The notes: generated by a model not told the origin, from the sequence alone. 64,000 nt of DNA from Bacilli bacterium (GCA_016293205.1 JAEDES010000002.1:4351-68350), one strand, 5' to 3'; shown: positions 39,466-49,323, counted from the first letter of the stretch. Made by a program: numbers and translations.

Positions 39466-40062
39466 TTATTCAACAGCTTTTCTATCACTAAGAGCTCTCT
39501 CTAAAGTTAAACTATCAACATACTCCATATCTGCTCCTATAGGAACACCACTAGCAAGTCTAGTAACTTTAATATTCATACCATCTAATATTCTTTTAAT
39601 ATATAAAGATGTAGTTTCCCCTTCAATACTTGGCTTAAAAGCAAATATTATTTCTTTAAACTTTTCTTCATTAATACGATCAATAAGTTTATCCAAACCA
39701 ATATCTTCTGGATTAATACCATCTAAAGGAGAAATTAATCCTTCTAAAACATGATATTTACCATTAAACATACCAAGTTTTTCAAATAAGAAAACATTCT
39801 TAGTATCTTCAACTACACATAATAATTCACAATCGCGTAACTTACTATTACATATAGAACAAACATCATCTTCTGTTAAAGTATTACAAATTGAACATTT
39901 ATGTATCTTACTCTTTACATCTTTTAAACTTTCAGCAAAAAAATCAGTTTGCTCCTCTTCTAATTCTAAAACAGAAAAAGCCAGTCTTTCGGCTGTTTTC
40001 TCTCCTATTCCAGGTAAAAATTTAAAAGATTCAATTAAGCTTTTAATACTATCTGGATACAT
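39466..40062 (-). CDS. recR: Recombination protein RecR
   Basis: 198 aa with an HhH (LPGIGEKTAERLAF), a C4 zinc finger and a Toprim domain. Confidence 0.95.
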   Translation of the reverse strand: MYPDSIKSLIESFKFLPGIGEKTAERLAFSVLELEEEQTDFFAESLKDVKSKIHKCSICNTLTEDDVCSICNSKLRDCELLCVVEDTKNVFLFEKLGMFNGKYHVLEGLISPLDGINPEDIGLDKLIDRINEEKFKEIIFAFKPSIEGETTSLYIKRILDGMNIKVTRLASGVPIGADMEYVDSLTLERALSDRKAVE

Positions 40063-40074
40063 ATAAATTAATTC

Positions 40075-40371
40075 CTAAAATAAACCTGGAATGTTACCAA
40101 ATTTACCCATTTTCTTATCTAAAGCTGCATCAACTTTTTTATTTGCTTCATTTACAGCAATAACAATCATATCTTGTAACATTTCAATTTCATCTTTATC
40201 TAAAGATTCGCTTGAATCAATTTCTACTTTAACAACTTCTTTAGTACCTTTAACAGTAACTTTAACTAAAGAACTTTCGCCAACAAATTCAGAGTTATCT
40301 ACTTCTTCCTTTGCTTTTAACATATCTCTTTGTAAAGCTTGCGCTTGTTTCATCATAGCTTGCATATTCAT
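40075..40371 (-). CDS. ybaB: Nucleoid-associated protein YbaB/EbfC
   Basis: 98 aa with MMKQAQALQRDM... and a C-terminal PGLF. Sits between dnaX and recR. Confidence 0.9.
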   Translation of the reverse strand: MNMQAMMKQAQALQRDMLKAKEEVDNSEFVGESSLVKVTVKGTKEVVKVEIDSSESLDKDEIEMLQDMIVIAVNEANKKVDAALDKKMGKFGNIPGLF

Positions 40372-40389
40372 AATATATAATCTCCATTC

Positions 40390-42150
40390 CTATTCAAATT
40401 CTACAATATCACCAAATAGTTCTACTGCACTACTTACTATTATATCATCTTTTTCTACTTCTTCATAGATTTCTTCAGGTTCTTCAACAACTTCATAATG
40501 ATTACCATCTTTTAAAGAAGCTATATATTTATTCTTTTCAATTTCCCATTGTTCATCACTAATAATTGCTATTTTCTTATTAGAATTAGTAAGTTTATTA
40601 TAAACATATGTAATCTTATCAAGAATATTAAGATTTTGCTTAACAACAGAGTCATATTCATAACTTAAAATAAGACTATCTTCACTTACTGCACGAATTT
40701 TACCATCTAAAATAGCACATACAACGTATCCTACTTCTTGATCAAAAGTAAAATCCTCTAAAATACTCATATTATCAAGTTCAAACTTTAATAATTGTTT
40801 ATTAGCAAGAGCCATTGTATTATTGACACGTGCTTTCATAATATCATCAATATTTAATATAGAACCAGTTGATTCTTCTTCAGGCTCATAAGTATTAGAA
40901 ACAGCACTTATTGTTGGTTCTTCAACAACTTCCTTAGTAGTTTCAACAACCTTTTCAGAAACAACATTAACCACAGGCTCTTCTTTTACAATATCCTTTT
41001 CAACTATTTTTTCAACAACTTTTACTTCCTTATTTACAATAGAAGTCTCTTTATTTTCAACATTATTATTAACAACACCTACAAAATTATTTCCCGGGAA
41101 ATAATTTTTATTTAAAATATTATCATTTATAAACTTAATTAATAACATTTCAATAAAGATTTTTGGATTACTACTTCTTTTAATATCGAACATATTTTCG
41201 TTAATTAGGTTTACAAATTTTTGGACTAAATCAAGTGAAAAGTCTAAATTTTTATTAGAAATATAATAATCCACAAGTAAATTTCGAGAAAAATGCATCA
41301 ATTGAGACATAATTTGTATTAAATTTTTGCCTTCATTGTTAAATTTAGTGATTTTTACTAACACTTCTGATAAATTTCCACTAAAAATATCACTACAAAG
41401 CTCATACAAATTTTTAGATGTAATCATACCATTTAATTCAGCAAAAATTTCTAAAGTAATTTTCTCATCAGTATATGATCGTAATTTATCTAACATTCCT
41501 AATGAATCACGCATACCACCATCAGATGCTACAGCAATTTCCATTAAAACTTCATCATCTATGTCGATTTTTTCTTCTTTACATACATATTTTAATCTTT
41601 CAACAATCATTTCATCAGAAATTCGTCTAAAACTGAAGCATTGACAACGAGAAATGATAGTTTCAGGCACTTTTTGAGGGTCCGTAGTAGCTAAAATAAA
41701 AATAACATGCTCAGGTGGCTCCTCTAAAGTCTTTAAAAATGCATTAAAAGCACTTGTTGAAAGCATATGAACTTCATCGATAATATATACTTTATATTTT
41801 AATTCTGCAGGAACTAAAGAAACATTATTTCTTAATTCACGAATTTCTTCTACCCCATTATTTGATGCCGCATCAATTTCTATGATATCTACACATTCTT
41901 TTTCAAAAGAATGAAGACAATTTTTACATTTTCCGCAGGAATTTCCATCAATTGGCTCTAAACAGTTAGCTGCACGAGCAAAAATCTTCGAAACTGTTGT
42001 TTTTCCTGTACCTCTGGGCCCAAAAAACATATAAGCATGTGTTAAAGAATTATATTTAACAGAATTTAATAAGGTTTTTACTATTGTATTTTGACCTACT
42101 ACACTATCAAAATCTATAGGTCTATATTTTCTATATAAGGCTTGATACAT
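40390..42150 (-). CDS. dnaX: DNA polymerase III subunits gamma/tau
   Basis: 586 aa with GPRGTGKTT, a zinc module CGKCKNC, IIDEVHMLS and SRCQ. Confidence 0.95.
   Translation of the reverse strand: MYQALYRKYRPIDFDSVVGQNTIVKTLLNSVKYNSLTHAYMFFGPRGTGKTTVSKIFARAANCLEPIDGNSCGKCKNCLHSFEKECVDIIEIDAASNNGVEEIRELRNNVSLVPAELKYKVYIIDEVHMLSTSAFNAFLKTLEEPPEHVIFILATTDPQKVPETIISRCQCFSFRRISDEMIVERLKYVCKEEKIDIDDEVLMEIAVASDGGMRDSLGMLDKLRSYTDEKITLEIFAELNGMITSKNLYELCSDIFSGNLSEVLVKITKFNNEGKNLIQIMSQLMHFSRNLLVDYYISNKNLDFSLDLVQKFVNLINENMFDIKRSSNPKIFIEMLLIKFINDNILNKNYFPGNNFVGVVNNNVENKETSIVNKEVKVVEKIVEKDIVKEEPVVNVVSEKVVETTKEVVEEPTISAVSNTYEPEEESTGSILNIDDIMKARVNNTMALANKQLLKFELDNMSILEDFTFDQEVGYVVCAILDGKIRAVSEDSLILSYEYDSVVKQNLNILDKITYVYNKLTNSNKKIAIISDEQWEIEKNKYIASLKDGNHYEVVEEPEEIYEEVEKDDIIVSSAVELFGDIVEFE
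41089..41102. promoter_or_regulatory. Consensus Noc-binding site (NBS) inside dnaX
   Basis: ATTTCCCGGGAAAT exactly matches the 14-bp B. subtilis NBS palindrome. It encodes FPGN in dnaX. Confidence 0.55.
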
Positions 42151-42183
42151 AATATTCCTCCTAACTAAGAGTTATTATAGCAT

Positions 42184-42221
42184 AAAAAAAACTAAAACTT
42201 ATTTTTTTCTTCGTTTTAGTT
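42184..42221 (-). terminator. Possible terminator at the tadA 3' end
   Basis: 9-bp stem AACTAAAAC/GTTTTAGTT with a 14-nt loop and a U-run. The 5' arm lies in the tadA coding sequence. Confidence 0.4.
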
Positions 42222-42651
42222 CAAAAAATTCATTTAAAAGCGATTTAGACTCATTTTCAGCTAAATTATTAACAAAATTAACACTATTATTAGTAGAATC
42301 AACCTCAAAAATTGTGGAAATTAATTTAAAATTACCTTTATCAGAATTCTCACATGCGGAAAAAACATTTTTAATTCTAGCCTGTTTAATCGCACTAGCA
42401 CACATTGGGCAAGGATCTAAAGTTACATATAAATCACAATCCTCTAATCTCCAGTTTTTTAATTTTTTTGATGCTTTTTTTATCACATTTAATTCTGCAT
42501 GTTCTAAACAGCACATCTTTTTTTCCTTTTTATTGTGACTTTTAGCAAGAATTTCATCATTTTTCACCAAAATTGCCCCAATCGGAACTTCATCTTGTTT
42601 AAAAGCCTTCCTAGCCTCTTTAAAAGCTAAATCCATATATTTTAAATCCAT
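42199..42651 (-). CDS. tadA: tRNA-specific adenosine deaminase
   Basis: 150 aa with the CDA zinc motifs HAELNVI and PCPMCASA. Confidence 0.92.
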   Translation of the reverse strand: MDLKYMDLAFKEARKAFKQDEVPIGAILVKNDEILAKSHNKKEKKMCCLEHAELNVIKKASKKLKNWRLEDCDLYVTLDPCPMCASAIKQARIKNVFSACENSDKGNFKLISTIFEVDSTNNSVNFVNNLAENESKSLLNEFFELKRRKK

Positions 42652-42664
42652 AAATAATCACCTA

Positions 42665-42743
42665 CAAAAAAAGTGCACATAGATGGAGGCCCTTAAGGCT
42701 GCTACTTTCCAGTCCTGACCTGGTTCAAACACATCTATTGCAC
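42665..42743 (-). ncRNA. ffs: Signal recognition particle RNA, minimal (4.5S-like) form
   Basis: The minus strand reads GUGCAAUAGAUGUGUUUGAACCAGGUCAGGACUGGAAAGUAGCAGCCUUAAGGGCCUCCAUCUAUGUGCAC followed by a U-run. It contains the conserved domain IV core (CCAGGUCAGG..GGAA..AGCAGCC) and its ends pair into one long helix. Confidence 0.75.
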
Positions 42744-42749
42744 AAACTA

Positions 42750-42778
42750 ATTCTACTATTTTTGTGGATTTTTGTAAA
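42750..42778 (-). promoter_or_regulatory. Promoter of the SRP RNA gene
   Basis: On the minus strand: TTTACA (42778-42773), 17 nt spacer, TAGAAT (42755-42750). The predicted TSS is about 7 nt downstream, at the first G of the terminal helix. Confidence 0.5.
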
Positions 42779-42810
42779 CACATTTGTGAATTAAATCATT
42801 ACAAATTCAC

Positions 42811-42833
42811 TTTTCCACACTTTTTGTGGATTA
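42811..42833. promoter_or_regulatory. Head-to-head DnaA-box pair (module 1)
   Basis: TTTTCCACA-ctttt-TGTGGATTA; each box has 1 mismatch to TTATCCACA. Confidence 0.6.
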
Positions 42834-42834
42834 A

Positions 42835-42850
42835 TGTTTCACGTGAAACA
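42835..42850. promoter_or_regulatory. parS site 1 (ParB/Spo0J binding palindrome)
   Basis: TGTTTCACGTGAAACA matches the Firmicutes parS consensus TGTTNCACGTGAAACA exactly. It is part of a 24-bp perfect palindrome at 42831-42854. Confidence 0.8.
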
Positions 42851-42946
42851 TTAATTTTAAAGATTATACCCCTATTATTTTTCATTTAAACATTTTAATT
42901 TGTTTAAAATTCACTTTAATCAATAAAAAAATACTATTTATCAATT

Positions 42947-42969
42947 AAATTCACAAACTTTGTGGATTA
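42947..42969. promoter_or_regulatory. DnaA-box pair (module 2; upstream box degenerate)
   Basis: AAATTCACA-aactt-TGTGGATTA, with 3 and 1 mismatches respectively. Confidence 0.4.
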
Positions 42970-42978
42970 TTTTTTTAA

Positions 42979-42994
42979 TGTTTCACGTGAAACA
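42979..42994. promoter_or_regulatory. parS site 2
   Basis: TGTTTCACGTGAAACA, an exact consensus match, 9 nt after the DnaA box. Confidence 0.8.
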
Positions 42995-43013
42995 TAGTGA
43001 ATTATTAACAATT

Positions 43014-43040
43014 ATTGTTTAAAAATAAAGAAAATAAGCC
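43014..43040. repeat. AT-rich direct repeat, copy A
   Basis: ATTGTTTAAAAATAAagAAAATAAgcc matches copy B at 22 of 24 positions. Confidence 0.5.
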
Positions 43041-43085
43041 ATAAATTAATAAAAACATACATACCTATAGATTCATTTATAAATA

Positions 43086-43108
43086 TTATCAACCATTTTT
43101 GTGGAATA
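43086..43108. promoter_or_regulatory. Head-to-head DnaA-box pair (module 3)
   Basis: TTATCAACC-atttt-TGTGGAATA, with 2 and 1 mismatches respectively. Confidence 0.5.
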
Positions 43109-43109
43109 A

Positions 43110-43125
43110 TGTTTCACGTGGAACA
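43110..43125. promoter_or_regulatory. parS site 3 (one mismatch)
   Basis: TGTTTCACGTGGAACA, 15/16 to consensus, 1 nt after the DnaA box. Confidence 0.65.
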
Positions 43126-43156
43126 TAAAACTTAAAATCAAATGTTTGTTTATAAC

Positions 43157-43179
43157 TTATCAACAAGTTCTGTGGATAA
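43157..43179. promoter_or_regulatory. Head-to-head DnaA-box pair (module 4)
   Basis: TTATCAACA-agttc-TGTGGATAA; the first box has 1 mismatch and the second is perfect. Confidence 0.7.
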
Positions 43180-43180
43180 A

Positions 43181-43196
43181 TGTTTCACGTGAAACA
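43181..43196. promoter_or_regulatory. parS site 4
   Basis: TGTTTCACGTGAAACA, an exact consensus match, 1 nt after a perfect DnaA box. Confidence 0.8.
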
Positions 43197-43245
43197 TCTC
43201 TCAAAATAAATTTTAAACAACATTTGTTAATAAATTATTAAATAA

Positions 43246-43270
43246 ATTGTTTAAAAATAACCAAAATAAC
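43246..43270. repeat. AT-rich direct repeat, copy B
   Basis: ATTGTTTAAAAATAAccAAAATAAc, matching copy A at 43014-43040. Confidence 0.5.
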
Positions 43271-43371
43271 AAAAATGCATTTAAATGAGTTTAGATTGAT
43301 AATCACTCACCAAAATAAAAATAAATCGCTTAAAATGCATTTTCTATTTTTAAGTCGCTTTTGTATAAAAA

Positions 43372-43380
43372 TGTGGATAA
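43372..43380. promoter_or_regulatory. Perfect DnaA box
   Basis: TGTGGATAA, 12 nt upstream of NBS 1. Confidence 0.6.
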
Positions 43381-43392
43381 AAATATCAAATT

Positions 43393-43406
43393 ATTTCCCG
43401 GGAAAT
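43393..43406. promoter_or_regulatory. Noc-binding site (NBS) 1
   Basis: ATTTCCCGGGAAAT exact match, within the 18-bp palindrome TTATTTCCCGGGAAATAA. A half-site TATTTCCC follows about 10 nt downstream. Confidence 0.7.
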
Positions 43407-43469
43407 AAATTAAAAAATATTTCCCACTTGATATATCAACAAATTAATAAACAATCTGTTCAAAAAAAT

Positions 43470-43483
43470 ATTTCCTGGGAAAT
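43470..43483. promoter_or_regulatory. Noc-binding site (NBS) 2, one mismatch
   Basis: ATTTCCTGGGAAAT, 13/14 to consensus. Confidence 0.5.
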
Positions 43484-43606
43484 AAAATTAAATCAATTTA
43501 AATTAAAATAAAAAGACTAACCTATTACAAATTAATTAGATTTTATTTTATAAAAATATATATAAATTTCCACAATATATTAATTGCATGATGTTTACAT
43601 CAAAAT

Positions 43607-43620
43607 ATTTCCCGGGAAAT
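43607..43620. promoter_or_regulatory. Noc-binding site (NBS) 3
   Basis: ATTTCCCGGGAAAT exact match, followed 3 nt later by a perfect DnaA box. Confidence 0.7.
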
Positions 43621-43623
43621 AAT

Positions 43624-43632
43624 TTATCCACA
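43624..43632. promoter_or_regulatory. Perfect DnaA box
   Basis: TTATCCACA. Confidence 0.6.
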
Positions 43633-43660
43633 AAAAAAACATTATTTATCTCAAAATGTT

Positions 43661-43669
43661 TTTTCCACA
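43661..43669. promoter_or_regulatory. DnaA box (1 mismatch)
   Basis: TTTTCCACA. Confidence 0.4.
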
Positions 43670-43682
43670 AGACACTTTTTGA

Positions 43683-43712
43683 CAAAAAAAGAATGAGACT
43701 TTACTCATTCTT
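43683..43712 (-). terminator. Rho-independent terminator after gyrA
   Basis: Minus-strand hairpin AAGAATGAG-TAAAGT-CTCATTCTT followed by a U-run. Confidence 0.75.
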
Positions 43713-43737
43713 TACAATTTATAAACATTAATTTGAT

Positions 43738-46260
43738 TTATTCGTTGACATCTGATGCTTCTTCAATAGTTACTGCTTCCGTTGTACTTTCAGTAACTTC
43801 ACTAACATTTGTATTATCTTCGTTTACATTTTCAGATTCATTTTCATCTTCTTTAGCAACTATTGTAACTGTAGCTACCATTTGATCATCTTTAAGATTA
43901 ATTAATCTAACACCTTGAGTAGCACGTTTTAATGTAGATATTTGCTCTCCTGGCATTTTCATGATAATTCCACTATTTGTTACTACTATAACATCATAAT
44001 CATTACCTTCATCAACACATTTTAGAGCAGCCATCATACCATTCTTTTCAGTAACATTAAATGCTCTAACACCTTTGCTACCTCTATGAGTAAGTCTATA
44101 TTCATCAATAACTGTTTTCTTACCATATCCTTTTTCAGTAACAATAAGTATATACTGACCAGAATTAACAACTTCTGCACCAACAACGAAACTTCCATCT
44201 AAATCAATACCTTTAACTCCCGAACTACTACGTCCCATTGCTCTGATTTCATTTTCATCAAATCTAACCATACGACCATTACTTGCTCCAAGAGCTATTT
44301 CATTAGAACCATTTGTTTTTCTAACACTAATTAATTCATCATCATCTTTTAAAACAATAGCAATTTTTCCACCTTTTCTAATATTTTCAAACTCAGTAAT
44401 ATCAGTCTTTTTAACAATTCCACCACGAGTTGCAAACATTAAATATTTAGTAACTTGGTCGTCAGCATCAATTTCCACAATCGAACTTATGTTCTCGTTC
44501 TTCTCTAATGGAAGTAAATTAATGATTGGTAATCCCTTAGATTGTCTAGCAAATTCAGGAACTTCATAACCTTTCATTCTATAAACCCTACCTCTATTTG
44601 AGAAGAATAAAATATAATCATGAGTTCTCATTGAAATCATATGTTCTACAAAGTCTTCCTCATTTGTAGCCATACCTTTGACTCCAACTCCACCTCTATT
44701 TTGAGTTCTATAAGTATCACTTCTTAAACGTTTTATATAACCATTCTTAGTTAAAGTAATAATTACATCTTCATTTGGTATTAAAGACTCATCCTCGATA
44801 TATTCAATAGCTGTCATATCGATATTTGTACGTCTCTCATCACCATATTTATCTTTAATTTCTAATAATTCATTTTTAATTACTTCTAATATCTTAGAAT
44901 CACTAGCTAAAATGCCACGTAACTCGTCAATTAACTTTAACAAGTCATTTAGTTCATTTTCAATCTTTTCACGCTCTAAGCCAGTTAAACGACGTAATTT
45001 CATTTCTAGAATGGCATTTGCTTGAACTTCAGATAACTTAAAGTTATTCATTAATCCTTCTCTAGCTTCTTCATCAGACTTAGCAGCGCGAATTAATTTA
45101 ATAACAGCATCAATATTATCTAAGGCAATCTTTAAACCTTCTAAAATATGAACACGTTTTTCAGCAACATCTAAATCAAATTTAGTACGTCTAATAATAA
45201 CTTCTTTTTGATAATCAATATATTTAACAATAATTTCTTTTAAACCAAGTGTCTTTGGAACACCTTGATCTAGCATTAAGAATATAATTCCATATGTTGT
45301 TTGGAACGCTGTATGTTTATAAAGTTTATTTAAAACTACTTGTGCATTAGCATCCTTCTTTAATGTAATAGTAATTTTAATACCATCTTTTAAATCAGAA
45401 TGGTAATCAGAAATACCTTCAATTGTTTTATTATGAACAAGTTCAGCTACTTTATTCTTTAATTCTAAAGTATTAACACCATAAGGTACTTCATCAATAA
45501 TAATATATTGTTTTCCATTTTTTTCTTCTATTGTGGCCTTACTACGAATTGTAATAGAACCACGTCCAGTTTCATAAGCTTTTCTTATTCCACTGTTTCC
45601 TAGAATAATTGCGCCTGTTGGAAAATCAGGTCCTTTAATGTGTTGCATTAATTCATCTAATTCAATATCAGGATTATCAATATAAGCAACACATCCATCA
45701 ATAACTTCACCTAAATTATGGGGAGGAATGTTAGTAGCCATACCAACAGCAATACCAGTAGTTCCGTTAACTAAAATATTAGGAAATCTAGAAGGTAAAA
45801 CAGCAGGCTCTCTTTCACTCTCATCAAAGTTAGGACTAAAATCAACTGTATTTTTATTAATATTTCTAAGTAATTCAAGAGATATTTTTGATAAACGCGA
45901 CTCTGTATAACGCATTGCCGCAGCTCCATATCCTTCAATATTACCAAAGTTACCATGACCATCAACTAACATATATCTATATGAGAAGTCTTGCGCCATT
46001 CTAACCATTGCTTCATAAATAGATGAGTCACCATGTGGGTGATATTTACCCATAACGTCTCCGACTATTCTTGCACTCTTCTTATGAGGTTTATCAGGTG
46101 TATAACCAGATTCATACATTGAATATAAAATACGTCTATGAACAGGTTTTAAACCATCTCTTAAATCAGGAAGAGCACGAGCAACAATAACACTCATTGA
46201 ATACTCTAAAAACGAATCTTTTACTTCTTTAACAATACTATTTTGTTCTAATCTATCCAT
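43738..46260 (-). CDS. gyrA: DNA gyrase subunit A
   Basis: 840 aa with AMRYTE (active-site Tyr), a QRDR-like [13 protein letters not shown] and a beta-pinwheel CTD. Has an acidic C-terminal tail. Confidence 0.97.
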   Translation of the reverse strand: MDRLEQNSIVKEVKDSFLEYSMSVIVARALPDLRDGLKPVHRRILYSMYESGYTPDKPHKKSARIVGDVMGKYHPHGDSSIYEAMVRMAQDFSYRYMLVDGHGNFGNIEGYGAAAMRYTESRLSKISLELLRNINKNTVDFSPNFDESEREPAVLPSRFPNILVNGTTGIAVGMATNIPPHNLGEVIDGCVAYIDNPDIELDELMQHIKGPDFPTGAIILGNSGIRKAYETGRGSITIRSKATIEEKNGKQYIIIDEVPYGVNTLELKNKVAELVHNKTIEGISDYHSDLKDGIKITITLKKDANAQVVLNKLYKHTAFQTTYGIIFLMLDQGVPKTLGLKEIIVKYIDYQKEVIIRRTKFDLDVAEKRVHILEGLKIALDNIDAVIKLIRAAKSDEEAREGLMNNFKLSEVQANAILEMKLRRLTGLEREKIENELNDLLKLIDELRGILASDSKILEVIKNELLEIKDKYGDERRTNIDMTAIEYIEDESLIPNEDVIITLTKNGYIKRLRSDTYRTQNRGGVGVKGMATNEEDFVEHMISMRTHDYILFFSNRGRVYRMKGYEVPEFARQSKGLPIINLLPLEKNENISSIVEIDADDQVTKYLMFATRGGIVKKTDITEFENIRKGGKIAIVLKDDDELISVRKTNGSNEIALGASNGRMVRFDENEIRAMGRSSSGVKGIDLDGSFVVGAEVVNSGQYILIVTEKGYGKKTVIDEYRLTHRGSKGVRAFNVTEKNGMMAALKCVDEGNDYDVIVVTNSGIIMKMPGEQISTLKRATQGVRLINLKDDQMVATVTIVAKEDENESENVNEDNTNVSEVTESTTEAVTIEEASDVNE

Positions 46261-46272
46261 TTTCTTACCCTC

Positions 46273-48210
<1,938 letters not shown>

Positions 48211-49323
48211 CTACTTTCTTTCAATATTTCCATTCTTAACTTCGTATATATAAGACTCATTTAAATACTTTTTATTAATACTCTTTAAATCAGTAGTAGT
48301 AATAATTGATTGAATATCATTATCTCCAACAAATTTTAATAACCTATTTCTCTTTTTAATATCTAATTCACTAAAAATATCATCTAATAAAATCACTGGA
48401 TTAAATCCACTAACCTCTTTAAATAAACCTATTTCACTAAGTTTTAAACATAAAACAGCTAATTTTTGTTGTCCTTGAGAACCAAAATACTTTAAATCAT
48501 TTCCGTTAAAATTAAAGTAAAAATCATCTCTATGAGGACCATACATAGTCATTCCATAATTTAATTCTTTATTATAATACTTATTAAAATAATCTTTTAA
48601 TTTATCTTTAATTTCTTCATCAGTTAAATTTTTAATATCAAAACTAGTCAAATATTCAACACTTAATCCTTCAAAATCAGCTATTTCTTTATAATATTTA
48701 TTAATACTACCATTAATAAAATCAATATATTCCAATCTTTTTCTATAAATAATAACTGCTTTTTCAATCAATTTATCAGTTAAAATATCTAAATAATTTT
48801 TATCAGCAATACTATTATTAAATAATATTTTTAAATATTCATTTCTAGTTTTTAAAATTTTATTATATTCATTATAAGTATTTAAATAAGTTTTTGATAT
48901 TTGAGATAATTGTATATTTAATAAATTTCTTCGTATATTAGGTGATCCCTTTATTATTTCTAAATCATCTGGTGTAAATATAATTACATTTAAGTTTGAG
49001 ATATAATCAGCAACTTTCTTAATGGAATTTTGATTTATCATCAAATCTTTCTTTTCTTCTGTTATATCAATCTGTAACTTAGTAATAATTCTATCTTTTT
49101 TAACAATTCCTTTAATTTGACTTTTCTTTTTATTAAACATAATTATATTAGGATTTACCCCTACTCTATGTGATTTAGTAAGAGCAAGCATTATTATTGC
49201 TTCTAATATATTAGTTTTTCCTTGAGCATTGTCTCCAATAAAAATATTCATACCTTCATTAAGAGTAATATTAATATTGGCACAATTTCTAAAATTTAAT
49301 AAAGAAATTTTCTTGATTTTCAT
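48211..49323 (-). CDS. recF: DNA replication and repair protein RecF
   Basis: 370 aa with GDNAQGKTNILEAI (Walker A), the signature FGSQGQQ and Walker B ILLDDIFSELD. Confidence 0.93.
   Translation of the reverse strand: MKIKKISLLNFRNCANINITLNEGMNIFIGDNAQGKTNILEAIIMLALTKSHRVGVNPNIIMFNKKKSQIKGIVKKDRIITKLQIDITEEKKDLMINQNSIKKVADYISNLNVIIFTPDDLEIIKGSPNIRRNLLNIQLSQISKTYLNTYNEYNKILKTRNEYLKILFNNSIADKNYLDILTDKLIEKAVIIYRKRLEYIDFINGSINKYYKEIADFEGLSVEYLTSFDIKNLTDEEIKDKLKDYFNKYYNKELNYGMTMYGPHRDDFYFNFNGNDLKYFGSQGQQKLAVLCLKLSEIGLFKEVSGFNPVILLDDIFSELDIKKRNRLLKFVGDNDIQSIITTTDLKSINKKYLNESYIYEVKNGNIERK

Noticed and set aside
43275-43511. 78-aa plus-strand ORF (MHLNEFRLIITHQ...) inside the gyrA-ffs intergenic island
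   Set aside because: It has no RBS and extreme low-complexity, AT-driven composition. It is built across DnaA boxes and two NBS palindromes (FPGN and SWEI come from the palindromes). It is most likely a chance ORF in regulatory DNA.
42744-43737. Possibility that the 1-kb island is a decayed rRNA operon, mobile element or prophage remnant
   Set aside because: I saw no rRNA- or tRNA-like GC-rich conserved segments, no terminal inverted repeats or target-site duplications, and no transposase or integrase fragments in any frame. The content is dominated by recognisable protein-binding palindromes.
32473-45965. Internal or antisense ORFs within mfd, recR/ybaB, dnaX, tadA and gyrA: 32473, 33682, 34865, 39440, 40091, 41327, 42314, 45728 and 45771
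   Set aside because: These are alternative-frame artefacts inside long conserved genes with low-complexity translations.
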